NCBI GenBank assembly: GCA_000437395.1
Contig: FR898180.1
Location: 3,377-67,376 of the forward strand
DNA from: Clostridium sp. CAG:288
GTDB lineage: Bacteria > Bacillota_I > Bacilli_A > RFN20 > CAG-288
Length of the DNA: 64,000 nt
Reading direction: 5' to 3'
Shown here: positions 28,186-39,180 of the stretch, piece after piece
Numbering within the stretch: position 1 is the first letter of the stretch
How the letters are laid out: every line of letters begins with the position of its first letter
Made by a program: the position numbers and the translations under genes
Notes under the pieces: generated by a model
The model's input: only the letters and a program-made list of their open reading frames with translations
What the model was told of the DNA's origin: nothing
The model's database searches: none

Positions 28186-29908
28186 CTTTTTCTCCCTTAA
28201 CAGCAATGCCAAGGAGATCTAAGTTTTCAGTTGGTACAACACTTGGAGCACCACACATTGGGCAACAAGCGTTAAGATTTTTAGGGAATGCTACGACATC
28301 TCTAACGTTTTCTGTTTGGCAAAGTAACATAGCCATACGTTCAACGCCAAGTGCAAAGCCACCATGTGGAGGTGTACCATAATTAAAGGCATCGACAAAG
28401 AAGCCGAATTTTTCTTTGATCTCTTGATCATTTAAACCTAGTAATTCAAATACTTTCTTTTGAATTGAGCCGTCATAAATACGAAGTGAACCAGATGAAA
28501 TTTCAACGCCGTTAATTACAGTATCATAAGCGTATGATAATACTTTAGTTGGATCTTCATCTAAGTATTTTAAGTCTTCATCTCTTGGTCTAGTAAATGG
28601 ATTGGACAAACTGACTATTTGATCGTTTTCACGTCCAAACAACGGCCAATCTGTAACAAATAATGGAACGTAGACATTGAAATCACAGAGTCCAAGTTTA
28701 CGTGTGTATTTTAATCTTACAGCGCCTAAAGCTGTTGAAACTGTTTCATTGTCTTCATTAGCACCGACAATAATCAAATCACCATCTTTAGCATTTAATC
28801 TTTCTTTTAAAGAATTTAATGTTTCTTCGCTGAAGAACTTAGTTGCAGAACCATTTAATTTTCCATCACTAACTTTGAAGTGGAATACTGAGTGTAATTT
28901 AAATTTCTTAACTAATTCATTATCTCCATCAAGTGTTTTTCTTGTAGCATCTTTTGCTTCATTAGAAACACAGATTGCTTTGACAACTTTACCATTAAAG
29001 CCTTCAAAACCTGCATCAGCTAATAAATCAGAAACGTTATTTAATAACATATCAAATCTCATATCTGGTTTGTCAGAGCCATATAAATCAATTGCATCTT
29101 TATATGAAATTCTCTTGAAATCTGGCAAGTTAATATCTCCTGCTTGCTTAAATATGTGTTTTACTAATCCTTCGATGATGTTTAATATATCTTCTCTTTC
29201 GCCGAAGCTCATTTCAACGTCGATTTGTGTAAATTCAGGTTGTCTATCAGCACGCAAATCTTCATCTCTATAGCATCTAGCTACTTGATAATATCTATCC
29301 ATACCACCAATCATTAATAATTGCTTATAAATTTGTGGTGATTGTGGCAAGGCATAAAATGAGCCTTTCTTAGTTCTACTAGGGACTAAGTAGTCTCTTG
29401 CACCTTCTGGTGTAGATTTAACTAAAGTTGGAGTTTCAATCTCTAAAAAATTGATATTTTCCAAATAATCTCTAGCTGCTTTTAATAACTTATGTCTAAC
29501 AATTAAATTGTGTTGTAAAACAGGTCTTCTTAAATCCAAATATCTATTAACAAGACGTGTATCTTCTAAGGCATCTGTCTTATCAGCAATAATAAATGGT
29601 GGTAATTCACTCTTAGCAAAAATCGAGTAGCTTTCAACTAAAACTTCAATTTCACCTGTTGAAAGTTCCCTATTTGCTTCTGTTCTTCTAGCAACTTTGC
29701 CAGTAACTCTAATGCAATATTCACTCTTTAATTGATTTGCTTCGTAAAGCTCTGGATTAATATTTAATTGAGTAATGCCGTATCTATCTCTTAAATCGAC
29801 AAAAACTAAGGCACCAAGATTTCTAACTTTAGAAACCCAACCTGTTAAAGTAACAGTTTCTCCAATATTTTTTGCGGTTAATTCTCCGCATGTTTTTGTT
29901 CTTAACAT
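28178..29908 (-). CDS. aspS: aspartate--tRNA ligase
   Basis: N-terminal OB anticodon-binding domain (TCGELTAKNIGETVTLTGWV), class II motifs and GGMDRYYQVARCYRDED. Confidence 0.9.
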   Translation of the reverse strand: MLRTKTCGELTAKNIGETVTLTGWVSKVRNLGALVFVDLRDRYGITQLNINPELYEANQLKSEYCIRVTGKVARRTEANRELSTGEIEVLVESYSIFAKSELPPFIIADKTDALEDTRLVNRYLDLRRPVLQHNLIVRHKLLKAARDYLENINFLEIETPTLVKSTPEGARDYLVPSRTKKGSFYALPQSPQIYKQLLMIGGMDRYYQVARCYRDEDLRADRQPEFTQIDVEMSFGEREDILNIIEGLVKHIFKQAGDINLPDFKRISYKDAIDLYGSDKPDMRFDMLLNNVSDLLADAGFEGFNGKVVKAICVSNEAKDATRKTLDGDNELVKKFKLHSVFHFKVSDGKLNGSATKFFSEETLNSLKERLNAKDGDLIIVGANEDNETVSTALGAVRLKYTRKLGLCDFNVYVPLFVTDWPLFGRENDQIVSLSNPFTRPRDEDLKYLDEDPTKVLSYAYDTVINGVEISSGSLRIYDGSIQKKVFELLGLNDQEIKEKFGFFVDAFNYGTPPHGGFALGVERMAMLLCQTENVRDVVAFPKNLNACCPMCGAPSVVPTENLDLLGIAVKGEKDE

Positions 29909-29921
29909 TCAAATTTCTCCT

Positions 29922-31160
29922 TTATTCAATGTCCATAAGGTCAGAAATTGATTCGTAGTCAATTTGAGTACGTGTTGACATATTTTTAACGTGATAACCT
30001 CTGTTATCTGCAATAATTACCATCTTGCTATTCATTCTATCAGCCATTTTAATTGCACCAGTTAAAGCTTTATCCATAGATGCGAATGAAACAGAATGAT
30101 TGTTTTGTTGTAACTTATTAGCTAATACAATCATGTCGTTAGCTTTTGATTTATCCAAGACAATCATGAAATAATCTAAAGAATTTTTAAGTTCTTCAAC
30201 GTTCTTTCTAGCTAAGACTAATCTTTCAACGCCAAACGAATAACCAACGCCTTCAAAATCAGGGCCTCCTAAGTCATTCATTAAGTGACCATATTTGCCA
30301 CCACCGCCTAAGGCTCCAAGTTCGAGGTTATCTTTATCGTATATTTCAAAAACTAAGCCTGTGTAATAGTCTAATCCACGAACGAGCTTATCATCACAAA
30401 CATAAGGGATGTTTAATGAATCTAAGGCTTTTAATATCTCAGAATATTCACTTTTATCCTCATCAGATAAAAAATCAGTTACAAATGGAGCAGCTTCAAT
30501 AATAGGTCTATCTTCTGTAACCTTACAATCAAGAATTCTTAATGGGTTTTGCTCTAATCTTCTTTGACAATCAGGACACATTTGTCCAATTTTTGGTTCA
30601 AAATATAATCTAAGAGCTTTCTTATATTCTTCACGTGAGCTAAATGATCCTAAGAAATTTACTTTTAAAATCGGATCAATTCCTAAAGCTTTTTTTACTT
30701 GGTTATAAAATAAAGATAAACAGGAAATAGTTGTGATTAAGTCTACTTTTTTATCGACAAACTCAACACCCCATTGATGGAATTCTCTAAATCTACCAAC
30801 TTGAGGTCTTTCATATCTAAATATTGGACCACAATAATAAAATTTAATTGGTAAATCAGGTGAAGCATATAATTTATTTTCGATAATTGCTCTATTAATA
30901 CCAGCTGTAAACTCTGGTCTTAAAGTATAGTCGTGACCACCTTTAGGTGTTAAATCAAAAGTTTCTTTATTTACAATATCTGTCGATTCACCAACGCCTC
31001 TTTTAAAGAGCTTACTTTCTTCAAAGACAGGAACTTCAATTGGTTCGACACCATATTTTTGAGCTTCTAAATTTAACACGTTAACTAGATTATCAAAAGC
31101 CAATTTATTTGCGCCAAAATAATCTAGTGTGCCACGTGGTTTATTTATTGATTGAGCCAT
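29922..31160 (-). CDS. hisS: histidine--tRNA ligase
   Basis: Class IIa motifs including KFYYCGPIFRYERPQ.GR.REFHQ and GGGKY. Confidence 0.9.
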   Translation of the reverse strand: MAQSINKPRGTLDYFGANKLAFDNLVNVLNLEAQKYGVEPIEVPVFEESKLFKRGVGESTDIVNKETFDLTPKGGHDYTLRPEFTAGINRAIIENKLYASPDLPIKFYYCGPIFRYERPQVGRFREFHQWGVEFVDKKVDLITTISCLSLFYNQVKKALGIDPILKVNFLGSFSSREEYKKALRLYFEPKIGQMCPDCQRRLEQNPLRILDCKVTEDRPIIEAAPFVTDFLSDEDKSEYSEILKALDSLNIPYVCDDKLVRGLDYYTGLVFEIYDKDNLELGALGGGGKYGHLMNDLGGPDFEGVGYSFGVERLVLARKNVEELKNSLDYFMIVLDKSKANDMIVLANKLQQNNHSVSFASMDKALTGAIKMADRMNSKMVIIADNRGYHVKNMSTRTQIDYESISDLMDIE

Positions 31161-31172
31161 AACTTTTCCTTT

Positions 31173-33368
31173 CTAGTGTATCACACGTCTTACATCAAAG
31201 ACGCTTGGTACCTTTTTTATTTCAGTAATTAAAGCGTTAAGTCTAGTAATATCGCTTGCCATAACTGTTACAGTAATGGTTGCAGTCGATGTTTCTTGAT
31301 GTGACTTAGCATTTACTTTATATACTTGTGTTTTTTGTTGTGAGAACATATTAAATATGTCCATTAATAAATTAGGTCTATCATAACAATCGATTGCTAA
31401 ATCGACTGGATGATCGGATAGAGTCATATTAGGATTCCAAATTACATCAACTAATCTATTAGGTTCGTTAATAATATTTGGGCAATTGCAACGATGTACC
31501 TTAATTCCGTTTCCCTTTGTGATATATCCGACGATTTTATCACCTGGAATTGGAGTACAGCAGTTTGCTAATGTAATCATAGCAGTGTCACCATCAGCTA
31601 ACAAAACTGAATCGTGTGGTGATTGTTTAACAACGCGTTTATTTACTTGTTTTTGAATTGCCTGTTCTAAATCTAATTGATTCTTATCTAATTCGAGGAA
31701 TTCAATAACTGCTGCAGGAACAATTGTACGATTATAAATACCTAAATAAAATGAATCAAAATCTTCAACGTTAAACTTATCTAAAACTTTTCTATCGATA
31801 ACTTTATCGACGTTTGCCTTTATTTTCTTTTCTTTAAAGGCATCGATTAAAGTTTGTCTGCCTTTTTCAATTTGCTCTTCTTTAACAAAGTCAGCATTTT
31901 GCTTCATTATGAATTTTCTAATTCTAGACTTTGCAAAGCTTGTTTGAACAAAATTAAGCCATTCTTGATTAGGTGTTGCAGTTTTACTAGTTTTAATTTC
32001 AACAACATCACCTGTTTTAAGTTTTGTTGAAAGAGGTACTAATTGATTGTTTACTTTAGCTCCTGAAACAGAGTCACCTATATTAGTATGAATTCTATAG
32101 GCAAAATCTATCGGAGTAGATCCTGCTGGTAAACTAATAACTTTTCCTTTTGGAGTAAAGACATATACATTTGCATCAAATATATCATGCTGAATAAAAT
32201 CGACATATTCACGAGCAGTTGAGTCAGTACTTTCGTTTGAAATACTTACAAAGTCTCTAAGCCAATGTAATTGTTCTTCAATTTCAGCTTGTTCTTGCTT
32301 AGCATCATAATGAAGACCTTCTTTATATCTCCAGTGCGCTGCGATACCACTTTCAGCAACTTCATCCATTTCGTGTGTTCTAATTTGTATTTCAAAAATG
32401 TGTCCATCACCTGTAACAATTGTCGTATGTAACGATTGATACATATTTGGTTTTGGCATTGCAATATAGTCTTTAAATCTTCCTGGAACAGGTTTAAACA
32501 TTGCATGAATATATCCTAAAATTTCGTAACAATTAACTTCTGTTTCAGTAATTATTCTCAATGCCAATATATCATATATTTCATCGAATGGTTTTCCTTT
32601 GTTGAACATCTTTTTATAGATAGAATAAATAGATTTAACTCTAGATGATATTTCAAACTTGATATTAGTTGGGTTAAGAGTTTCAACTAATTTTTGTTGT
32701 AAAGCTATAATTGCTTTTTCTCTGTTGTCTGCTTGTGTATCAAGAAGTTTTTCGATTTGTGCAAATTTTTCAGGTTCAAGATAATATAAAGATAAATCTT
32801 CGAGTTCAGTTTTTATCTTAGAAATACCGAGCCTATGAGCAATTGGAGCATAAACTTCCATTGTTTCTTTAGCTATTTTTCTTTGTTTCTCTGGTGGTTG
32901 GAACTGAAGTGTTCGCATATTATGTAATCTATCAGCTAATTTGATGATAATTACTCTAATATCTTTAGCCATAGCAATAAATATTTTCCTATGGTCTTCA
33001 GCTTCGAAATCAACATTATGAAAATCAGATAATCTGGTTAATTTTGTCAACGATTCAACAAGAGTACATACTTCTTGTCCAAACTCATTCGTTATTTCTT
33101 CTGGAATAGTATTAGTATCTTCTATTGTATCGTGCAATAGACCCGCGATTAATGTTGATGGTCCTGTTTGTAAAGTCGTTAAGATCATAGCAACGCCAGT
33201 TAAGTGAGTTATATATGGATCTCCCGATTTTCTTTTTTGACCTGCATGTTTTTTTTCTGCAAATTTATATGCTTTTTCAATTCGATCGATGTCGTCTTTA
33301 TTGGATATATATGTAAGAAAACTCTGCTTTACTTCTTCAAAAGAATAAATACGGTTTTCAATTTTCAT
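31173..33368 (-). CDS. relA: bifunctional (p)ppGpp synthetase/hydrolase RelA/SpoT
   Basis: HD hydrolase domain (HLTGVAMIL..LHDTIEDT), synthetase domain (DILALRII...YQSLHTTV), and TGS and ACT regions; 731 aa. Confidence 0.9.
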   Translation of the reverse strand: MKIENRIYSFEEVKQSFLTYISNKDDIDRIEKAYKFAEKKHAGQKRKSGDPYITHLTGVAMILTTLQTGPSTLIAGLLHDTIEDTNTIPEEITNEFGQEVCTLVESLTKLTRLSDFHNVDFEAEDHRKIFIAMAKDIRVIIIKLADRLHNMRTLQFQPPEKQRKIAKETMEVYAPIAHRLGISKIKTELEDLSLYYLEPEKFAQIEKLLDTQADNREKAIIALQQKLVETLNPTNIKFEISSRVKSIYSIYKKMFNKGKPFDEIYDILALRIITETEVNCYEILGYIHAMFKPVPGRFKDYIAMPKPNMYQSLHTTIVTGDGHIFEIQIRTHEMDEVAESGIAAHWRYKEGLHYDAKQEQAEIEEQLHWLRDFVSISNESTDSTAREYVDFIQHDIFDANVYVFTPKGKVISLPAGSTPIDFAYRIHTNIGDSVSGAKVNNQLVPLSTKLKTGDVVEIKTSKTATPNQEWLNFVQTSFAKSRIRKFIMKQNADFVKEEQIEKGRQTLIDAFKEKKIKANVDKVIDRKVLDKFNVEDFDSFYLGIYNRTIVPAAVIEFLELDKNQLDLEQAIQKQVNKRVVKQSPHDSVLLADGDTAMITLANCCTPIPGDKIVGYITKGNGIKVHRCNCPNIINEPNRLVDVIWNPNMTLSDHPVDLAIDCYDRPNLLMDIFNMFSQQKTQVYKVNAKSHQETSTATITVTVMASDITRLNALITEIKKVPSVFDVRRVIH

Positions 33369-33370
33369 AA

Positions 33371-33889
33371 TTATAAAAGAAGTGGGGCCTCGAAAGGTAC
33401 TTCTTCCTCCGCTAATACTTTTTTGCCATCTAAGCCTTCTAATTCGATAAATGTGACAGCTCCGACAACTTTTGCACCAGTACTCTTACATAATTTAGCT
33501 AAAGCACATATTGTGCCACCAGTTGCTAATAAGTCATCAACAATTACAACTCTATCAGTTGGTTTAAGCAAATTTTCAGGAATAGTTATCGTATCGCTAC
33601 CATATTCAAGTCCATAAGTAATTTTGAGTGGTTCACCAGGCAATTTACCTTCTTTACGTGCCATAACAAATCCAACTCCTAAAGAATAAGCAATTGCTGT
33701 TCCAAAAACAAAGCCTCTAGCTTCAGGTCCAACTATAACTGTTGGATTAAATTTTTTAACGAGTTTAGCCATGTCATCAACACTAGACTTAAAGGCTTCT
33801 GAATCCTTTAAAAGTGGTGAAATATCTTTAAATGATATTCCTTCTTTTGGAAAATCAGGTACAACTCTAATAAATGGGATATAATTCAT
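33371..33889 (-). CDS. apt: adenine phosphoribosyltransferase
   Basis: PRPP-binding motif VVIVDDLLATGGT; 172 aa. Its position upstream of relA matches Bacillus. Confidence 0.9.
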   Translation of the reverse strand: MNYIPFIRVVPDFPKEGISFKDISPLLKDSEAFKSSVDDMAKLVKKFNPTVIVGPEARGFVFGTAIAYSLGVGFVMARKEGKLPGEPLKITYGLEYGSDTITIPENLLKPTDRVVIVDDLLATGGTICALAKLCKSTGAKVVGAVTFIELEGLDGKKVLAEEEVPFEAPLLL

Positions 33890-34015
33890 AATTAATGGCC
33901 TCCAAAACGTCTATGATTATATCATAGACAAGTCTTTATTTGTACTCTTAAGGCTATCTTTAAAATCTTTTTGTTAAATATTATCAAAAATTTTATTCTA
34001 ATTTCTTATTTAACA

Positions 34016-34070
34016 TAAAAAATCCTGCTAATAACATAGCATAGAGCTATAAAAAGCAGGATATTTTTTT
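34016..34070 (-). terminator. bidirectional rho-independent terminator after hypothetical gene 34069..34986
   Basis: atcctgct ... agcaggat 8-bp stem flanked by aaaaa and ttttttt. Confidence 0.55.
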
Positions 34071-34986
34071 AAAAATCGAATTTAACACCAGATTCAGAAC
34101 TGATGAAATCAGCAATTAAATCACGAAGTTTAGTATTGTTTTCTCTATAGTAATTAGCAAATGTTGATTTGTATTCAGTTTCAATTTTTGTCATTTCAGA
34201 ATCATTTTCGAATCCTTCAGCAAATTTGTTATTTAATTTTCTAAACTTGCTAACTAAAGCAGAAAATTCAACATCATCATCTTCATGTAAATTATCTAAA
34301 ATGAACATTATCGCATAACTAATTTGTTCAATGCTTTCGTTTAGTTCTTTAAGAGAATCGACTTTAGATGGATCAAAATTTTCATCTTTTAACAAATCTT
34401 CACCAGTTTCATTTAAATGTTGCATGGAATATTTAAGGATAGCTGCAGAATATTTGTTAAAGCTTCTACAAAATATAACACTTAAAATTCTAAGCATAAA
34501 TGCTGTTGAGACTTTGTTTTCTAATTTAACCATTTCTACAAAGTTAGGATCGATAGAATCTGGTTCTTTTTGTAAAAATAAATTCAAGTCATTAACAAGA
34601 ATATCTCTTAATGTTTGTCTTGTACCTAATAAAAGACCAAGCTGATTTAAACCTTCTTTGACATTAATAGTAAGATTATTTTTCTTAATGGAAATGAACT
34701 TAGATTTTGGACTAAACATTTGATCAGCAAATTCTTGAACTTGCTTTAATAATTTGTCGCCTGGTTCGCCTTCTTTTAAACCCATTCCTTCACAACGTGT
34801 GTAAAAAGATGAATCTTCATTTGTAAAAAATGCGAGCGTATCTCTACGATGTTTTGTTAAATCGATAAATTGATCTTTAAACATATCATTCATGATAAAC
34901 GCTTCAAATGGGTCTTTTGCCAAATTGGCCAAGTGAAAAAATCCAACCAAATATAATTCTTGTTTTGTAACTTTCATGTTAAGCAC
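34069..34986 (-). CDS. hypothetical cytoplasmic protein
   Basis: 305 aa, acidic and helical, with no recognisable motif. It occupies the apt-proximal slot where recJ lies in B. subtilis. Confidence 0.45.
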   Translation of the reverse strand: MLNMKVTKQELYLVGFFHLANLAKDPFEAFIMNDMFKDQFIDLTKHRRDTLAFFTNEDSSFYTRCEGMGLKEGEPGDKLLKQVQEFADQMFSPKSKFISIKKNNLTINVKEGLNQLGLLLGTRQTLRDILVNDLNLFLQKEPDSIDPNFVEMVKLENKVSTAFMLRILSVIFCRSFNKYSAAILKYSMQHLNETGEDLLKDENFDPSKVDSLKELNESIEQISYAIMFILDNLHEDDDVEFSALVSKFRKLNNKFAEGFENDSEMTKIETEYKSTFANYYRENNTKLRDLIADFISSESGVKFDF

Positions 34987-35101
34987 CTTCTTTTTTTCTT
35001 ACTTAAATTTATCACATCTTTAACAATTAATCTATGATTGTTTATATTTTTTTGTAACTTAGGCAAAAATAATGACATATAATGGCTTGGTGATATGAAA
35101 A

Positions 35102-35557
35102 ATGAGAAGATTTAATCCTTATCAGCAAAACTATAACGCTCCAATGTTTAATCAAAATTATCAAAGAATGAACTATAATTACCCTCAATACTCTAGATCA
35201 CCTTTCGACATTCCAAAACTTAGAAGTCCAATAGGTAGTTCAAAAAGATTAAGCTTATTTAGTGGAGCTAAGAAGCTTAATTTAACTGGTTTAATTGATA
35301 CATCTAGCAAAGCTATAAATACATTTAACCAGATGATTCCTATTTATCAAGAGATAAAACCAGTTTTTACTAATACAAAATCAGCATTATCAACTTTAAA
35401 AAGAGCCTTTATAAAGCCTAAAAAGGATAATAAAAAACAAACAAAACCTATAGAACCAGAAGTTTTAGATAAAGCAGTAGTAAATTTAAAATCAAACAAA
35501 CAAAAATATAAAGAAGAAATCAAACCTGATAACGAGCCACATAAACCATATTTCTAG
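35102..35557 (+). CDS. YqfQ/VrrA-like low-complexity protein (N/Q/Y-rich N-terminus)
   Basis: MRRFNPYQQNYNAPMFNQNYQRMNYNYPQY..., then LNLTGLIDTSSKAINTFNQMIPIYQEIKPV, which resembles the conserved YqfQ core. Its position directly upstream of ispH matches yqfQ-yqfP. Confidence 0.45.
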   Translation: MRRFNPYQQNYNAPMFNQNYQRMNYNYPQYSRSPFDIPKLRSPIGSSKRLSLFSGAKKLNLTGLIDTSSKAINTFNQMIPIYQEIKPVFTNTKSALSTLKRAFIKPKKDNKKQTKPIEPEVLDKAVVNLKSNKQKYKEEIKPDNEPHKPYF

Positions 35558-35601
35558 TTTGAGTTGTTGATTTTTTTTAAACTGTAATGTAAATTTAAAG
35601 T

Positions 35602-36459
35602 ATGATTAAAACAATTCTTCCTATAGGATATTGTTTCGGTGTTAAAAACACCTTAGACAATGTCAAAAAACTTGCTAACAATAATCCTACTAAGGATATT
35701 GTTCTTTTTAGTGCTCCAGTACACAATAAAAACGCCTTAGATGATCTTTTAAAAATAGGCAATATTTTCATGCTAAAAGACTATAAAAAGAAGAATAACA
35801 ATGATTCTATATTAGTTTTCTCTGCTCATGGACACACATCTAAACAGGAACAGTTTGCAAAAGAAAATGGATTTAAAATATACGATAGCATTTGTCCGTT
35901 TTTAATGTTTAGAAATAAAAGCGTTTTAAAAGATATCGATTCTTTCGATAAGATATATGTTATTGGCGATGAAAAACATCCAGAAACTGAATCACTTTTA
36001 TCTTTAAAACAAGGAATTGTTTGCCTTAACCCAAACAATAAGATTATTTTAGAAAAAGATGATTTGTCTAAAGTACTTGTTATTTATCAGTCAACTATAA
36101 ATGTTGATTCTTTCAATTTGTTAAATGGAGAACTTAAAAAAACATTCAAAAATTTGACTGTTATATCAGTATGTCCAGAATGTGCAAACAGATTTAATAA
36201 TTTAGACAAGATTGCATTTAATCAAAACGATTTAATAATCATAGTTGGAGATAAGACATCTGCAAATACAACTTCATTATTTGAAAAAGCTAAAACAAAA
36301 CTCGATTCAAAACGTGTTTTATTTATCTTAAATGTCGATGAATTAAAAAAAGTACCACTACCAATAAATATTAATAATATTTATTTGACAAGTGGTACAT
36401 CAGCATCTCTAGAAGATGTTACAAGTATTTCTAATTATCTTGAGAATTTGTATAAATAA
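35602..36459 (+). CDS. ispH: 4-hydroxy-3-methylbut-2-enyl diphosphate reductase
   Basis: Three Fe-S cysteines in the expected contexts (GYCFGV, SICPF, SVCPEC), plus PVHN, SAHG and HPE motifs. At 285 aa it is somewhat shorter than typical IspH. Confidence 0.75.
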   Translation: MIKTILPIGYCFGVKNTLDNVKKLANNNPTKDIVLFSAPVHNKNALDDLLKIGNIFMLKDYKKKNNNDSILVFSAHGHTSKQEQFAKENGFKIYDSICPFLMFRNKSVLKDIDSFDKIYVIGDEKHPETESLLSLKQGIVCLNPNNKIILEKDDLSKVLVIYQSTINVDSFNLLNGELKKTFKNLTVISVCPECANRFNNLDKIAFNQNDLIIIVGDKTSANTTSLFEKAKTKLDSKRVLFILNVDELKKVPLPININNIYLTSGTSASLEDVTSISNYLENLYK

Positions 36460-37216
36460 TTGGCTCTTTTTCATGATCGATAGCAAGAACTTCGATTTTT
36501 GAATCAATCTCAGCAATAGCATATTTCATAACATCAACAAATAATCTTTCTATCTCATGAGGAACATCTAAATAGTTCATTTTATAACGAATAATATCTC
36601 GTCTAACGTGATGAGGACAATCGCCTGATATATAAATATCACAGCCTTCATTTTGAGCAACTGAATAATAACCAGCACCACCACCGCATATGAAGCCAAT
36701 TTTTTTAATGGTATTTTTTCCTTCATTTATTAAAGAAGAATATGATACATTAGCTCTCTCCATGAAATATTTGACAAAAACATCAATATCCATGCTCACA
36801 GACAACTCTCCAATTCTCATCATTGGAAAATCTTTTGCTCTATAAACATTAATTAAATCAAGTTTATTTGCTAAAGAAGAATTCATTCCTCCCTCAGCAG
36901 CATCAAAATTTGTGTGCAAAGAAACAATTGGAATATTTAAATTATCTTCTAATTCATGTACTAAATTATTTTTTAATTGATCACTAGCTAATACTTTAGA
37001 TCTCTTACCAAAAATAAATGGATGGTGAGTAATAATTAAATCTGGTTTAAATTCTCTAGTGATTTCAAGTAAAGATTCATCATAATCTAAAGCGATTAAA
37101 ACTTTATTAATATCATCTTTAAGCTTACCAATTTGAAGTCCAATAAAATCAAAGCCTTCAGCTTCTTTACGTGGATATTTTTTCCACAAAGCCCTCATAA
37201 ATTTCATTTTTTCCAT
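36431..37216 (-). CDS. Nif3-family dinuclear-metal-centre protein (YqfO)
   Basis: LIITHHP, GHY-like HTNFDAA and ISGD motifs. Its synteny with trmK and sigA matches yqfO. Confidence 0.85.
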   Translation of the reverse strand: MEKMKFMRALWKKYPRKEAEGFDFIGLQIGKLKDDINKVLIALDYDESLLEITREFKPDLIITHHPFIFGKRSKVLASDQLKNNLVHELEDNLNIPIVSLHTNFDAAEGGMNSSLANKLDLINVYRAKDFPMMRIGELSVSMDIDVFVKYFMERANVSYSSLINEGKNTIKKIGFICGGGAGYYSVAQNEGCDIYISGDCPHHVRRDIIRYKMNYLDVPHEIERLFVDVMKYAIAEIDSKIEVLAIDHEKEPIIYTNSQDN

Positions 37217-37848
37217 GATTTTAAAGCCCCCTTTATTAGATTTATTTTTGAATTTAAAGATGGAGAATTAATTTCTTCGTATTTTTTTAAATTGTTAGTT
37301 AAATATTCATAAAGTAGTTTGTCTTTATTTTTAAGCGAATAAGTTCCGTAAATATAATTGATATCAGTCATCATTTCACTACCCAATTTGTAAGAAATGA
37401 TTGGATAGTATTTTCCTTGTTCTTTGACGTATTTTTCAAAAGATATTTTATATCCATTTTCATTAAAAAATCTTCTTACTAATTCGACATCTGATTGTGG
37501 TTCGACAATAATTGTTAAATCTCTTTTTTTCTCTTTATCAAAGAATTTCTTGAATATTTCTACAATTGTCTTTCCACCTATACCTGCAGCGGTTATAGTC
37601 GTGATATATTCTTTAAAACCATCAAGTCCATCTCCAAAAAATGGCTCAATTTGAGAGTAATCTTTGACGTTAGAAGAAAGTCTTTCATATGGACCTTTTT
37701 TATTTTCTACAGCGATAACTTTATTTGCTATTTTGTTAGTAACTAAAAGTATTGGCAAGTAGCCATGATCAGAACCTATATCATAGACATAAGAATTTAA
37801 AGGAACAAGCGAAGCGATGCAAAGCAATCTTTCTGAATTAGTTATCAT
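37204..37848 (-). CDS. trmK: tRNA (adenine22-N1)-methyltransferase
   Basis: [14 protein letters not shown], characteristic of the TrmK family. Immediately downstream of sigA as in Bacillus (yqfN). Confidence 0.85.
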   Translation of the reverse strand: MITNSERLLCIASLVPLNSYVYDIGSDHGYLPILLVTNKIANKVIAVENKKGPYERLSSNVKDYSQIEPFFGDGLDGFKEYITTITAAGIGGKTIVEIFKKFFDKEKKRDLTIIVEPQSDVELVRRFFNENGYKISFEKYVKEQGKYYPIISYKLGSEMMTDINYIYGTYSLKNKDKLLYEYLTNNLKKYEEINSPSLNSKINLIKGALKSWKK

Positions 37849-39064
37849 TGCGATAATCTTTAAGTTGTTTTGCTCTTGTTGGATGTCTAAGTTTCTTTAA
37901 TGCTTTAGCTTCAATTTGTCTTATACGTTCACGTGTAACGTTAAATTCTTTACCAACTTCTTCAAGAGTATGAGTTCTTCCGTCATCAAGACCATAACGT
38001 AATCTTAAGACTCTTTCTTCTCTATCTGTTAATTCTTTTAAAACTTCATCAATCTTATCTTTTAATAATGAATTATCAGCATATTCTGATGGTGTTTCAT
38101 TATCTTTATCTTCAATAAAATCTCCAACGTGTGAATCTTCTTCTTCACCAACTGGTTTTTCAAGTGAGAGTGGATCCAATGCAAATTGTTGGATTTCTCT
38201 AATTCTATCCGGAGAATATAGTCCTTGTAATTCTTCTGATATTTCTTCAGCTGTTGGGTCACGATTTAACTTTTGAACTAATTTTCTTTGAGCACGAGTA
38301 ATTTTGTTCATAGTTTCAACCATGTGAACTGGAAGACGAATTGTTCTTGCTTGATCAGCTAAAGCTCTTGTAATAGCTTGTCTAATCCACCATGTTGCAT
38401 AGGTAGAAAATTTATAGCCTCTAGTATAGTCAAATTTATCAACAGCTTTCATTAATCCTAAATTACCTTCTTGGATTAAATCTAAGAATTGCATACCTCT
38501 ATTGACATAGTGTTTAGCAATAGAAACAACAAGTTTTAAATTGCATCTTGTAAGTTCTTCTTTAGCTGATTCATCGCCAGCAATAATTCTTTTAGCAATT
38601 TCCGTTTCTTGCTCTTTTGTTGTTAAAACTGGATATTTACCTATTTCACGTAAATAGACTTTAACAGGATCAGAGACTTTGACATCTGCGGCAGATGAAT
38701 AATCGATAACTGATTCGTCATAAACATCGCTATCGACATCTGATACATCTTCGCCTCCGTCTAAATAATCATCTGAATCATCTAAATCATCAACATCTTC
38801 TTTCATTAGTTCATCAGGACTAATATCATCTGGAATTTCTACTGAATCGAGATCATCATCATCTTTAAGCTCAATTCCATTGTCTTTAAAGAAGTTAAAT
38901 ATTTCATCAAATTCATCCTCTGTTAAATCAAAATGGTCTAAAGCTGCCATTAGGTCATCTTGCGAAATATATCCTTTTTCTTTTCCTTTTTCTAAGAAAC
39001 TTTGCTTAACTTCATCTAATGTTTTAAGCTCTGACATTTTAATTTTCTTCTTTGATGTTTTCAT
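37838..39064 (-). CDS. sigA: primary RNA polymerase sigma factor sigma-A
   Basis: Acidic region 1.1; region 2 [40 protein letters not shown]; region 4 [37 protein letters not shown] lies 7 nt upstream of the ATG. Confidence 0.9.
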   Translation of the reverse strand: MKTSKKKIKMSELKTLDEVKQSFLEKGKEKGYISQDDLMAALDHFDLTEDEFDEIFNFFKDNGIELKDDDDLDSVEIPDDISPDELMKEDVDDLDDSDDYLDGGEDVSDVDSDVYDESVIDYSSAADVKVSDPVKVYLREIGKYPVLTTKEQETEIAKRIIAGDESAKEELTRCNLKLVVSIAKHYVNRGMQFLDLIQEGNLGLMKAVDKFDYTRGYKFSTYATWWIRQAITRALADQARTIRLPVHMVETMNKITRAQRKLVQKLNRDPTAEEISEELQGLYSPDRIREIQQFALDPLSLEKPVGEEEDSHVGDFIEDKDNETPSEYADNSLLKDKIDEVLKELTDREERVLRLRYGLDDGRTHTLEEVGKEFNVTRERIRQIEAKALKKLRHPTRAKQLKDYRNDN

Positions 39065-39180
39065 ATACTTCTCCTTTTCTCTATTTTTGGCAATTAAGTA
39101 TACTTAATTACTTTAAGGCATAAATAGGGTTTGCCTTGAAACCTTCGTTTCTATATCTAAATGCGTTTAGCAAATTAGAA